DNA of 64,000 nt from a virus, in IMG/VR virus record IMGVR_UViG_3300015370_000013, positions 1 to 64,000 of that record. The stretch is one strand, 5' to 3'. A program made the position numbers and the translations under genes. The notes beneath the pieces were generated by a model. The model made no database searches. It worked only from the letters and a program-made list of their open reading frames with translations, and was not told the DNA's origin. Shown piece by piece: positions 28,500 through 38,470 of the stretch (positions are counted from its first letter, which is position 1; the number at the start of each line of letters is the position of its first letter).

Positions 28500-29411
28500 C
28501 TACATACCGTCGCCCGACAGGTCAGGATTGGTCCCCTGTACGTCGAAGCTGACCTGTTCGTCCACGTCGCCCATCCCTGCTGCTGCACGCTTCACCTGCT
28601 CGTAATGCACACGCAGGAACGCTTGCCGTTCTGCTATGATCATATCGCAAAGCGCGTCAGCGGCCTCGCGAACATGCGGAAGCGTCTCTTCGACTGTACT
28701 AGAAGCCAGGAAGACGTGATATTCACCCTTCGCATTACTGAGACCTTTGGTCTTGAGGTCGAACCATTTGGACCAGAGGCTTCCTTGACGCTGCGTTGTT
28801 GTGTCCACCTTCAGCCCAGCTTTCTTGCTGGTCTTGTAGAACTCCAGACGGTACAGCCGCATGTTCTGCGCGAGAACAACCATACAAATACCGTTATCGC
28901 ACTGCGTTCCGGCACCCGTCGTGTTCTTACCCATCGGAAGTTCAGGGCACTGGTTACAAGCCCCGAATGCGGTTCCCAGTTTGGCATCAGGAGCCGCACA
29001 GGTGGGTGCTTTGAATTCACCCTGTTGGAACATACGGTTCTGTTCGTAGATGTACAGCGGCACAAACTTGAACGGTTTATCCACCGCCAAGACCTCGCCG
29101 CTGTCAGTGTACATCTGTCCAACAGCGGCACCCCCCGGGCGTTCCCGTGTCATATTCTGAATGACACGAATTACTGGGATACTCCAACGGGTGTTCATCT
29201 CGGAACGCCCTTTTACATCCGGAGACATGGACTGTTGGAGTGCGATGATTTGAGTCTCCGCGGTTTCGTCATCCAACACATCGACGATACTGGTGAGTCG
29301 GTCACCCAACGTTAGTTTGGCCTGCTGCACGATCTGACTATATTCATCATCAGGGACGGCTAAAGCAGTGGTGGGCGGGTTATCGTTACTTTCTTTGTTT
29401 TTGTCGGACAT
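28500..29411 (-). CDS. Putative ssDNA-binding/annealing protein
   Basis: SIPVIRVIQ motif, acidic C-terminal tail, next to exonuclease and primase; AGGAG RBS. Confidence 0.5.
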   Translation of the reverse strand: MSDKNKESNDNPPTTALAVPDDEYSQIVQQAKLTLGDRLTSIVDVLDDETAETQIIALQQSMSPDVKGRSEMNTRWSIPVIRVIQNMTRERPGGAAVGQMYTDSGEVLAVDKPFKFVPLYIYEQNRMFQQGEFKAPTCAAPDAKLGTAFGACNQCPELPMGKNTTGAGTQCDNGICMVVLAQNMRLYRLEFYKTSKKAGLKVDTTTQRQGSLWSKWFDLKTKGLSNAKGEYHVFLASSTVEETLPHVREAADALCDMIIAERQAFLRVHYEQVKRAAAGMGDVDEQVSFDVQGTNPDLSGDGM

Positions 29412-29646
29412 CGTTAACGTAGCTCCTAAAGTGAGCTTAGATTTAACCATGAGATCATGTCCAGTGCAAATGTTTTTTAAATTAACTTTGCACTACACAC
29501 AACGACGAATACAGCGTGAGGGTCTACGTATATCACCACCACCTAGACCACGCATATTCGGGACAAAAACATAGAAGGGAATTCCCTACTTTGTTTTATA
29601 ATAAGTACAGACGTGCGGAATGGGATAACTCTTGAGGAGGGGGGGT

Positions 29647-30717
29647 CTACAGGGTTTTAAGGCCGGAAGCGATTTCCAACCCTTCAGCAACACCCTTCCA
29701 GTAGTTTTGTTTATCCGAGGATTTCGCCCGAGATTGACGCTCGTAGACCGTTGCTAACGAGTCCTTCAACGCCGTCACCTTCATGGGTGTTACTTTAGCG
29801 CTGCGCAGATTCGCTAACGCAGTGTCGAGTCCTTGCCGTGCCAAGTTGGGTTTACCTGCAGCATCCTCAGCGTTAGCGATGTTCGCAGCTTTACCGCGTG
29901 GTTTCTTTGTACTTGCAGCAGCTCGGGTCTGTTCTGCAGCCGCCTTTACATCCTTCGTTTGGATGGTGCCGCCCTTCATCAGTTGACGAAAAACTGACAG
30001 CTGTTTTGCGGTACCTTCAATCTCCAACAGCGTCCGTGCTTGGGTGAACGTGAATCCACCTTTCCGCATCTCCGTTTGCACTTCAGACGGCAACTCCAGC
30101 AACTTCAACCGCTGACTGATGTGTCCCTGCGTTTTACCAAACTTCTCGGACAACATTTTAGCGGTGAAAGGGACTTCTTTATCCGGCGCTTTACCAACAC
30201 CTTTGATGGTGGTCTTTTGCCCCAACAGAGATTTAAATGCTTCTCCCTCTTCCAGCTCATTGAGGTCCGCGCGCTGCATGTTCTCTTGCACGCGGGCAAC
30301 CATCGCTTCGGTCGCTGTGCCGCAGAACCAGCACACACGTGCGGTCTTCGCTTTGAGCAGCTTCAATGCACGGAGCCGCCGCTCACCTGCCACGAGGTAG
30401 ATGTACCCATCCTCAGGGTCTTTCCGCACAATCAGAGGCTGTAGAAGCCCATCTGTTTGGACGGAATTCATTAGATTTTTCAGCTCCTCCCGGTCGAAGT
30501 CTTTCCGCGGGTTGTCACCCACGATGACATTAATCTCCGAAAGGGGGATTTCCGCATCAGCTTCTTTCCTTTCCGGAGGAGGAGGCGATTCCTTGGGAGC
30601 CGCTTTCTTGGGCGTCTTGGAAGCTACCTTCTTGGGAGCAGCTTCTTCGGAAGCAGCTTCTTCGGGCGCAGCTTCTTTGGTGATTTCAAGCACGCTCGCT
30701 TCTACAGCATCAGACAT
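29647..30717 (-). CDS. parB: ParB/Spo0J-family protein
   Basis: NPRKDFD, GLLQPLIVR, LVAGERRLRA, ENMQRADLN, HTH LSEKFGKTQGHISQRLKL. Confidence 0.9.
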   Translation of the reverse strand: MSDAVEASVLEITKEAAPEEAASEEAAPKKVASKTPKKAAPKESPPPPERKEADAEIPLSEINVIVGDNPRKDFDREELKNLMNSVQTDGLLQPLIVRKDPEDGYIYLVAGERRLRALKLLKAKTARVCWFCGTATEAMVARVQENMQRADLNELEEGEAFKSLLGQKTTIKGVGKAPDKEVPFTAKMLSEKFGKTQGHISQRLKLLELPSEVQTEMRKGGFTFTQARTLLEIEGTAKQLSVFRQLMKGGTIQTKDVKAAAEQTRAAASTKKPRGKAANIANAEDAAGKPNLARQGLDTALANLRSAKVTPMKVTALKDSLATVYERQSRAKSSDKQNYWKGVAEGLEIASGLKTL

Positions 30718-31117
30718 CTTTTTCTCCAATGTGTTGTGTTGGTTGTGTGTCAAGTAAGCGAAACAACAGTTTTCGTTGTCCACGTAATTCGGCTAGTTCT
30801 TCGGGTGTTGTCGCTTTTTGCATGCGGAACTCAAGGGTCTGTAGTTCTATCCACAGGCGTCGTTGCTCCGGTGTGTTGCCGCCAAATTGCGGAGACGATG
30901 CATTTGGGATCAGGTTCAGTGCACTACTTATTATCACACCGATGGGCCTTGCTGCAGGGTGGATCGCCCCTGCAATGTTGGCCACGATTGAACCCAACTT
31001 TACGGCGGTTACCACGTCGTCTCGTTTCCAACGACGACGTGGTTTTGTCAGCCGTGCAGTATCTTTGCAAAAATTATGTACCGCAGTCAGAAAAATGGTT
31101 AATGGAGCTCTTCTCAT
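30710..31117 (-). CDS. Hypothetical protein
   Basis: Coupled to the parB start. Confidence 0.5.
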   Translation of the reverse strand: MRRAPLTIFLTAVHNFCKDTARLTKPRRRWKRDDVVTAVKLGSIVANIAGAIHPAARPIGVIISSALNLIPNASSPQFGGNTPEQRRLWIELQTLEFRMQKATTPEELAELRGQRKLLFRLLDTQPTQHIGEKDV

Positions 31118-31210
31118 CGGATCTCCTTCAAGAACGCACGAGCGCGTTTAGACCGTAATTGTTTCCCTTTTAAAAGATACTCATCGCGTAAGAGCGTCAA
31201 TTAGGAGATG

Positions 31211-31372
31211 TTATTTGTCTTTCTCAAAAGGCTTCGTGCCATGGATAGGACACTTGGGGACGTTGGACCGAGAGTCTAAAAGACTCCCACATACAGGACA
31301 ACGTTTATCGAGCTCCGCTTGTTTATCGTTGTTTACGTCGTCTGTCACAACAGCGAACTTATCCATAGACAT
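31211..31372 (-). CDS. 53-aa zinc-ribbon protein (below the ORF track cutoff)
   Basis: MSMDKFAVV...RCPVCGS...KCPIHGTKPFEKDK; GAGGTG RBS. Confidence 0.65.
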   Translation of the reverse strand: MSMDKFAVVTDDVNNDKQAELDKRCPVCGSLLDSRSNVPKCPIHGTKPFEKDK

Positions 31373-31410
31373 GTTTCACCTCGTACGAAATCTACACGCG
31401 TGCCGGTAAC

Positions 31411-31794
31411 TTATACCGCAAGACTTTGTTGTTTTTTCTTTCCCTTCTTCTTGGGCTCCTCATCGCTAGGCTCAGCACCCTCAACAGAGTTAACCCCCTC
31501 TGCCGTCTTGCGCTGGTGCGGGCGCTCCTCACGGTAAATCGTGGCGAGCGCATTCTCGACGGGCTTGATGCAGTGTGCGTCGCACACGTTGAACATCATG
31601 CGCACGTTGCCGTTGCACATGGTCAACGCGCTGGGGAGGGGGCCGTCGAGCGCGCTGAAGAAGTCACGGATTTGTTCCTCGACGCTCTGCTGTAGTACTT
31701 CCGCCGCCTCCAGGTCAGCGATATCCCTGCTATCCACTTGCTTCGGAGCTTCACGTTTACAGCGGTCACACTGTTCAGTCACTGTTACCAACAT
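31411..31794 (-). CDS. Hypothetical Cys-containing protein with basic tail
   Basis: CDRC..CDAHC; AGGAG RBS. Confidence 0.65.
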   Translation of the reverse strand: MLVTVTEQCDRCKREAPKQVDSRDIADLEAAEVLQQSVEEQIRDFFSALDGPLPSALTMCNGNVRMMFNVCDAHCIKPVENALATIYREERPHQRKTAEGVNSVEGAEPSDEEPKKKGKKKQQSLAV

Positions 31795-31822
31795 TCTCGA
31801 CTCCTGACTTATCTGGTGCGGG

Positions 31823-33040
31823 TTATTCCCCCGCAGTAGCGCGCTCCAAGCGAGCGCAAGTTTCCACACCGGGAATGCCATCCACGGTTAGGACATCGTC
31901 TTTGTGTCGTACGTTCCAGTCTTGCTGGAAGATACGTACTGCTTCGGTAGTCTCTGGCCCCAAGTCCCCGTCTGCTCCGTATTTCGGTAGGGGGTCTTTG
32001 TACAGGGTCAGTAGTGTTTGTTGAACGTCCGTCACGGACGTAATCGTGTCGTCTTCGTCATATAGGTCGTGTGTGGTGTTTGGGTCCTCCGCATAAAGAA
32101 TTGACTGCTCCAACTCGTGTAGGTCCACGACAGGGTCCATACCGGGAGCACGCACAAACCACTGTATGAAAGAGTACTCTTCGACTGGATACGTTTCGAA
32201 CGCGGCCTTGTTGCACAACGCGTACGGCCACAACGGACCCATATCGTATTTACTTGTACGCCAGTCGGTGTGTTGACTCATCCGTGAGGAGTCCATACGT
32301 CCAGTCGCGGCGATACAGAGGCGTTTGAGCTTGATATTCGTGACCACCTGTTCCCAGGTGTAGGGCAACATGTACTGCGCACCACGAAACGGGGCGTCAA
32401 GCTTCACCGGTTTCTGTACATCAAGAATCCTCGAAGGGAGAGGTCCCGCCCAGCTACACCACTTCCCGTTTCGACGCGTGATAAGTAGTGCGTTTACTGT
32501 CTCAATCTGAATGCTGTCGCCATTACGTTTCGGTTCTCCCCACGCCGCATCCTCCAACGGAAGGATCATAAAGGGAGTTCCATCCGTAAAGGCCACGAAA
32601 TGGGTGCAGGCGCCTGCGTAGCCTTTCCATGTCACCGTCCGAGCTTCCACCGTCGCCCCTTTGCGGCGTTTCGCGTAGGTTGCCGCCTCTACTGCTGTGT
32701 CAAAGCGACGTGTGTGCTTACGAGGTGCAGAAGAGAACCACCCCATAGTACCCCAGCCGTTAACACCGGCGGTCGCGTGATCAAGCCACCCCAACGATTT
32801 AACGTTCTGTAGCCGCTTGCGATAACCCTGCTTCGTGGGGAAATGCTTTTTCAAACTTGGCATCAGTAACGCGATATCCAGGTGTGACCGCTGCCACAGG
32901 AGGTCGAGGGTATATTTTGCTTCTGCTTGGGTCAATGCTCCAGCACCTGCTTGTGCCCACGCAACACTCCAATCTTTGTAAATCTGTTCTTGGTTTTGTA
33001 GCAGCGCTTCAAACACGGTTACATCTTCCTTCCGCGGCAT
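31823..33040 (-). CDS. Endolysin: N-acetylmuramoyl-L-alanine amidase + C-terminal peptidoglycan-binding domain
   Basis: DHATAG, THFV, AWG..N.DSIQIE, SQHTDW..K.DMG; PG-binding DGDLGPETTEAVRIFQ..VDGIPG. Confidence 0.8.
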   Translation of the reverse strand: MPRKEDVTVFEALLQNQEQIYKDWSVAWAQAGAGALTQAEAKYTLDLLWQRSHLDIALLMPSLKKHFPTKQGYRKRLQNVKSLGWLDHATAGVNGWGTMGWFSSAPRKHTRRFDTAVEAATYAKRRKGATVEARTVTWKGYAGACTHFVAFTDGTPFMILPLEDAAWGEPKRNGDSIQIETVNALLITRRNGKWCSWAGPLPSRILDVQKPVKLDAPFRGAQYMLPYTWEQVVTNIKLKRLCIAATGRMDSSRMSQHTDWRTSKYDMGPLWPYALCNKAAFETYPVEEYSFIQWFVRAPGMDPVVDLHELEQSILYAEDPNTTHDLYDEDDTITSVTDVQQTLLTLYKDPLPKYGADGDLGPETTEAVRIFQQDWNVRHKDDVLTVDGIPGVETCARLERATAGE

Positions 33041-33951
33041 TGAGAGTAATACCCGCACCACTTCTCACTGCAGATCCACTCAACTGGATTACAGGGTGGG
33101 AATACACCAGCGGAAATAGACATCGCCACACTTCGTACGATCTCCTGCATCCAGAGGTGATCCGCTGGAGAGCGGTAGTCCGTGATGCGCTGAACCTTGG
33201 GTTGTTTTGTTTTTATCATCTGGTCAAAACGTACTGCGAGAATCCCCGTTACAAAGGAATACACTGTTAGCTGTAGAGAGTCACGAATTTCTCCAGCAGA
33301 TGCTGCTTTTCCTTTGGTTTTAAGGTCCGTGACACAAGTACGCATATCTTCCGGCACAGTAACACCGCGAGATTGTAACATGTGATACTCTGTTTCAGAG
33401 ATGCCCACAGGAACATTCACGTCGATAAGGTCGATGTATCCCAACATCGGAACACCTGCGATATCTTGCTCGAACTTCAGCTCAATACCTCGGGTACCGT
33501 CAGGTGACACACGGGGCTGAACTGTGGGCGCGTGGTGTTTATTATACAGCTTCACCAATTCGACACCTACGTCTTTGACTTTAAATGCCTCCGCATCTTC
33601 TTTCGCTTTGGTTGGCACATCTACTAACCCTAGCTCGTAGCAGTCCGAATACGCTGCGAGCACTTCTTCTTCGGACGCAGGGACCTTATGATCCACGATA
33701 TGGTGGTGAGTATGCTCCGCTGCTTTATGGGCGCTAGACCCAAGGATCATCGCAACACCCGGAGGACGTATCTCATCCCGAACATACCGGAGCATATACT
33801 GTCGAGCGCAGCGCAGATACATCTCTATCTGAGACACACTGAGTCGTCCTTTGGGGAGTTTTAAAAAAGGATGCTCACTCAGTCGTGCTGTAATATCCGC
33901 CAGTTCTTCAGGGGAGATAAGGGATTGACCTTCATCTTCGCGACCTTTCAT
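33019..33951 (-). CDS. Second PD-(D/E)XK Cas4/RecB-like nuclease
   Basis: LSVSQI..CARQY, GSSAH, GYIDL, DLKT, QLTVY, C..WCGY..QC. Confidence 0.85.
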   Translation of the reverse strand: MKGREDEGQSLISPEELADITARLSEHPFLKLPKGRLSVSQIEMYLRCARQYMLRYVRDEIRPPGVAMILGSSAHKAAEHTHHHIVDHKVPASEEEVLAAYSDCYELGLVDVPTKAKEDAEAFKVKDVGVELVKLYNKHHAPTVQPRVSPDGTRGIELKFEQDIAGVPMLGYIDLIDVNVPVGISETEYHMLQSRGVTVPEDMRTCVTDLKTKGKAASAGEIRDSLQLTVYSFVTGILAVRFDQMIKTKQPKVQRITDYRSPADHLWMQEIVRSVAMSISAGVFPPCNPVEWICSEKWCGYYSQCRGRKM

Positions 33952-34401
33952 TTACCGCCTGCCTTTAGGTGTCGGTGGTTCAAACGATTCACCGTCCATC
34001 AAACTTTGTCGAGTGTAGTCCACAGGAGGACCCTTTCGCTGCAGTGATTTACTCTGTCCCGTGAGCGCTGAAATAGAGAGGATTTCCGCTTCGTCGTCCA
34101 CTTCTTCTTCTTCTTCTTCTTCATGCACCAATGGTTCGTTGGACACAGGTATTCGTGCAGGCGGTGTAGGTGCAATTCGTTGTAGCGGGTCACCCCAGGG
34201 CTTCTTACATTGAGGGCAATTATCGGGATACGTACCTTCGGTGCACTCAACCTCAATCTCGAACTGGTCGGGTTCCACCTTACGTAGCGTCATACACTCT
34301 TGACCGTCGGGGAATGTCGTCGGTTGTAGGCCACGTAGGGATAAGAGCTGTCTAACGAACTGACGGATATCCTCTTCCTCAAACGTAATTTTTGTTTTCA
34401 T
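33952..34401 (-). CDS. Hypothetical protein
   Basis: Coupled ORF; CPQC, acidic tract. Confidence 0.65.
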   Translation of the reverse strand: MKTKITFEEEDIRQFVRQLLSLRGLQPTTFPDGQECMTLRKVEPDQFEIEVECTEGTYPDNCPQCKKPWGDPLQRIAPTPPARIPVSNEPLVHEEEEEEEVDDEAEILSISALTGQSKSLQRKGPPVDYTRQSLMDGESFEPPTPKGRR

Positions 34402-36269
34402 ATTGACTCTTCTGGTCTTATGGGGTGTTTCGTGACGCGTCTAGCGTAACGACACTTAACGTCAAATAGCACCACGTTATTTTGTAAACACGTCTGTCGT
34501 TGGAGACAACCTGCGCACGCTAACACCGTTGCAATCGTCTCAGCTACGTTTTTACGGAGAGATAACGCGCACGCCACGTTCTCGTCCACCGTGCCCTTAC
34601 CGAGTAAGCGATACACCGTCACTGGCTCCATTTGACCTACGCGGTAGTTTCGGTCCAGGGCCTGTAGATACGATTCCAGCTTTAAGGGTAAACTAAAATA
34701 GACCATGTAGGTCGCGGCGTTGAGTGTGATACCTACCCCCATAGATACCTGTCCGAGGTACACACGACACGCACTGTCGCTGTTGAACTGGGCGACCCTG
34801 GCACCCATGTTCGACGTGGTGCCATCGACCCTGACGTACCCCCAACCCTCCGCCTGAAGCGCCTCCTCGATGATCGTCATCTCTTCGTGAAACTGCGCCC
34901 ACACGATGCATTTATGTGTCGGCTCCACTAAAATTTCGGAGAGTTTACCGCGTAAAACGTCAAGTTTGGCATTAGAACTAAACCTATCAGCGACTGCTTG
35001 TACCCGAATATCTTCATCTTTTTGACAAGAGGAGGTGTACGGTTGAATCTGCTCCTCGACACAATCACGCACAAACTCGCATCCATCACAAATATCTGGG
35101 AGGTCAGGGCGCTTGAGGACGAACCCGGATGTCACCTGCTGAAGTTTAAAGACAAGGATCCCTGGGTTAGGAATTTCCAGCGTACCGAAAGCGGATAGCA
35201 GCCCCTCATCCTGTAATATGGCTGCAGCTTCCACGTACTCCTTCGCCATGACCAACCCGTTATATATCTGACGCTGCGACCCTGTGATGGGTACGAGGAT
35301 ATCCAGGATAGTCTGTTTCGGGAGGTCCAGACATTCCTCCTTACTGCGGCTAAGCGCTACTGTCGCCACCCTCTGACGTAGGATATGTAGGTTCTTAAAA
35401 CCCAACACAATACGTTTATTGAGGGGTGCGGTTACACAGAACTTCTGTTTAAACGCCCACTCTGACTCAGGCGCGAAGTAGGGTGCCAGGAAACGAAGCT
35501 GCGGATACATATCCCGGGGGTCACCCAAAGAAGGTGTACCCGACATGATGATTCGTCGCCCTGCTTTCTTGCTGAGTTCACGTGCCACTTTCGACCGTGT
35601 ACTAGTAATCCCTTTAATCTGTTGAGATTCATCAGCAACGATAGCGTCGTACGGCACCAACGCTGCGACTTCTTTATAGTAACGCGACGCAGTTCCGTAC
35701 GTCATCACCGTACCAGCGTACCCCGCAGTGTCCTCGATCTGTTGGAATTTCTTCTTCTTCGTAACGCCGTCCACCACCCGAAATTCTTGGTTTATCCCAT
35801 GTATAGCCGGTTCCTGTCCCCATACGCTGAGGACGACCTTGGGACACAATATGAGGGGGAAACAACCCAGGGCACGCTGCCAGTCGATGATTATTTTGCT
35901 TTTTCCTAAGCCGCATGCGTAAAAGAGTGCAGCGCGGAAAAAGTACAGCGCATGTACAAGTCCCAACAACTGATGCGCGTAGGGTTGTGTACGAAACACG
36001 AAACCCGGAGGTAGCCTCTGTGTTTTGACATGCCCCTCGAATTTATCCGCCTCCAGCACCAACCGTTTCGCACTTTCAGAAAGGGCAACCTCCAGCTTGA
36101 GTGCCGCGAAATCCTTCAGGACGATGCGGTGAAACGGGTGGTACGCCGGATAGTACCACAACCCGTTGTCCAACCGCGTGGCACCGTAGACACGAGACAA
36201 GCGCATGTCCGTTCCAGCGGTGACGAAAGCGGGAGTTCCTGCTACTTTTGTGACTTTGAGTTGTATCAT
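34398..36269 (-). CDS. SNF2-family helicase/ATPase
   Basis: CGLGKS, ADESQ, SGTP, VGITLNAA, QALDRNYRVGQ. Confidence 0.9.
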   Translation of the reverse strand: MIQLKVTKVAGTPAFVTAGTDMRLSRVYGATRLDNGLWYYPAYHPFHRIVLKDFAALKLEVALSESAKRLVLEADKFEGHVKTQRLPPGFVFRTQPYAHQLLGLVHALYFFRAALFYACGLGKSKIIIDWQRALGCFPLILCPKVVLSVWGQEPAIHGINQEFRVVDGVTKKKKFQQIEDTAGYAGTVMTYGTASRYYKEVAALVPYDAIVADESQQIKGITSTRSKVARELSKKAGRRIIMSGTPSLGDPRDMYPQLRFLAPYFAPESEWAFKQKFCVTAPLNKRIVLGFKNLHILRQRVATVALSRSKEECLDLPKQTILDILVPITGSQRQIYNGLVMAKEYVEAAAILQDEGLLSAFGTLEIPNPGILVFKLQQVTSGFVLKRPDLPDICDGCEFVRDCVEEQIQPYTSSCQKDEDIRVQAVADRFSSNAKLDVLRGKLSEILVEPTHKCIVWAQFHEEMTIIEEALQAEGWGYVRVDGTTSNMGARVAQFNSDSACRVYLGQVSMGVGITLNAATYMVYFSLPLKLESYLQALDRNYRVGQMEPVTVYRLLGKGTVDENVACALSLRKNVAETIATVLACAGCLQRQTCLQNNVVLFDVKCRYARRVTKHPIRPEESI

Positions 36270-36288
36270 GATGTTTATCTGGTTGACT

Positions 36289-36723
36289 CTACTTTATGGT
36301 CAGCGTAACGTCAACTGAACAATTGGTGCAGCGAAAAATGTAATCCGTTGCCCGAGGTCGTCTGGGGTGGGAACGCTCCGAAGGTAGAAGGAATCGATGA
36401 TTTACACGCAAAGCACCCTCTACTACTTCACACCGTGGACACAGTGGTGTGTGTTTCGTACCGAAAGCGCCCTCCAGTTCAGCGCGTTCACGGAGTAACC
36501 GTGTGATGACCAAACAATCAGCACCTACACCTACCCACTTCCCCTTGATGTACCGACACGTCATCTGCGCGTCGGTGTATTGTAACAAGCCCCCCTTGCT
36601 CGCGCACATTAGTGCGTGTTGACACTGCCCACAAGGAACCCCCATCTTAATCGACAAACAGTCGAGTCTGACAGGGCACATGGCGCAGAGACTCTTCTTG
36701 TATTTTGGTTTGGCTTCAGCCAT
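36289..36723 (-). CDS. Cys-rich hypothetical protein
   Basis: CAMCPVRLDC, CGQCQHALMC, CPRC, CTNC. Confidence 0.6.
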   Translation of the reverse strand: MAEAKPKYKKSLCAMCPVRLDCLSIKMGVPCGQCQHALMCASKGGLLQYTDAQMTCRYIKGKWVGVGADCLVITRLLRERAELEGAFGTKHTPLCPRCEVVEGALRVNHRFLLPSERSHPRRPRATDYIFRCTNCSVDVTLTIK

Positions 36724-36755
36724 GTTATCCTTCCCTTTGTGACCAAGGTGACGCA

Positions 36756-38468
36756 ATGAGTGGATTATCTACATCAGACCTAGAATCGCTTTTCCGCCAA
36801 AATTCGGCCCATCCGAATCCAATGTTCGATTTCCTCACAGGATTCGTACCTCGACGTCTTCGAGACTTGTTCCTGTGGATGGAGTACCTGTACTACAACT
36901 CCGCACAGATTTTCGCTGCGTTGAAGAAATTCAGTGAATACCCGATTACCGAGATCCGGTACGACACACAAAACAGTGCGCAGGAGAAGAGAATAAAACA
37001 CCTTCTAGAGAAGGTAATCAAGATCAAGAACATCCTCATCACATGTGGCCGCGACCGTTGGATTTATGGCAACGCATTCGTCTCCGTGTACCAACCATTT
37101 GCGCGTTTCCTTCAGTGCCCCGACTGTAAAAAACTCATCAACATTGAACACGTAAATTACCGGTTTAGATACTGGCAAAAAACACTACAGTTCAAATACA
37201 AATGCACGAAGTGTAAAAAAGAAGTGGCAGGAAAAGTAATCGATCGCAAAGTTACCGACCCCAAAAAGATACACATTATCCGCTGGGACCCTAAACAGAT
37301 GGACATTAACTACAACCCGTTCACTGGGGAGTCTGTGTACTATTACTCCATCCCTGGAGATTTACGTCAGAAGATACAGAAGGGGGATAAACACATCCTG
37401 AACAGTATGCCCCTGAACTTCATCCGTGCAGCGCACGACGACAAGATGTTTCAGTTCAACAAAGACCAAATCTACCACATGAAAGTAGAGGCTCCCGCAG
37501 GCATTGACCAACAGTGGGGGTTTCCACCTTTGACCGCAGCACTAAAACTTTTCTTCTACGCGGCTGTACTCCGTAAAGCGAATGAGGCAGTTGCACTCGA
37601 CCACCTCGTACCGTTTCGTATTATCTTCCCTCAACCGTCGTCTAATAACGCGGACCCTCTGCAGACCATCGCACTGGCGAATATGTTTAGTAACGTTAAA
37701 GATGGTCTTCGACTTTGGCGACGCGACCCTTTAACAATCATGCATTCACCTGTACCTATTGGGACCGCCCAATTAGGTGGTGATGGTCGTGCCCTTCTGA
37801 CGTTGGGAGAGGTGAAAGAAGCCGAAGACAGTATTATCATGGCCATGGGTATACCTCGTGAATTCCTCACTGGCGGATTGTCTTTCACCGGTTCCGCCAT
37901 CACCTTACGTATGCTCGAAAACCAGCTCCTCACCTATACCTCCGAACTCAATGATTTGATGCAGTGGATCACCGACAAAAGCACCAAGATGCTTGGATGG
38001 GCACGCACCGACGTAGCGCTGACCGAGTTCAAACTCATCGACGATATTCAACAGAAACAAGCGCTGGTAGCGTTAAACCAAACCAATCAGTCCATCTCGA
38101 ATACAACCATAGCAGAACTGCATGATTTCAATCTCACGAAGGAACGTGAACGGAGGATGCAGGAATCTCTGGATGAGGTTCGTTTCCAGCAAGAGCTGCA
38201 ACAGAAGGTCACCAAGATGCAAGACTCCTTGGCACAACAGGCGCAGCGTCAAGCGATGATGGGTCGGTCGGATACACAATACGACCAGCAGCAAGTGATT
38301 GCTCAAGCGGATCAGATTGTTCAACAGCTCATGCAGCTGGACACCGGAATGCGGAAGAGTCAGCTCCACTCACTGCAAACGGAAGATGCAGTTATGTACG
38401 CCGTTGTTGTACAGCGCCTCGAACAAGCACAATTATCACAAGCACAAGAAGCGAAACAAGGCGGTTAA
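36756..38468 (+). CDS. Portal protein (with Zn-ribbon insertion)
   Basis: D.WIYGNAFV, IYHMK..WGFPP, MGIPREFL..GLSF pattern of HK97/T4-like portals; Q-rich tail. Confidence 0.75.
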   Translation: MSGLSTSDLESLFRQNSAHPNPMFDFLTGFVPRRLRDLFLWMEYLYYNSAQIFAALKKFSEYPITEIRYDTQNSAQEKRIKHLLEKVIKIKNILITCGRDRWIYGNAFVSVYQPFARFLQCPDCKKLINIEHVNYRFRYWQKTLQFKYKCTKCKKEVAGKVIDRKVTDPKKIHIIRWDPKQMDINYNPFTGESVYYYSIPGDLRQKIQKGDKHILNSMPLNFIRAAHDDKMFQFNKDQIYHMKVEAPAGIDQQWGFPPLTAALKLFFYAAVLRKANEAVALDHLVPFRIIFPQPSSNNADPLQTIALANMFSNVKDGLRLWRRDPLTIMHSPVPIGTAQLGGDGRALLTLGEVKEAEDSIIMAMGIPREFLTGGLSFTGSAITLRMLENQLLTYTSELNDLMQWITDKSTKMLGWARTDVALTEFKLIDDIQQKQALVALNQTNQSISNTTIAELHDFNLTKERERRMQESLDEVRFQQELQQKVTKMQDSLAQQAQRQAMMGRSDTQYDQQQVIAQADQIVQQLMQLDTGMRKSQLHSLQTEDAVMYAVVVQRLEQAQLSQAQEAKQGG

Positions 38469-38470
38469 GC

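Noticed and set aside
36289-36723. WhiB transcription factor
   Set aside because: Has CxxCPVxxxC but lacks the upstream Cys and the G(V/I)WGG motif.
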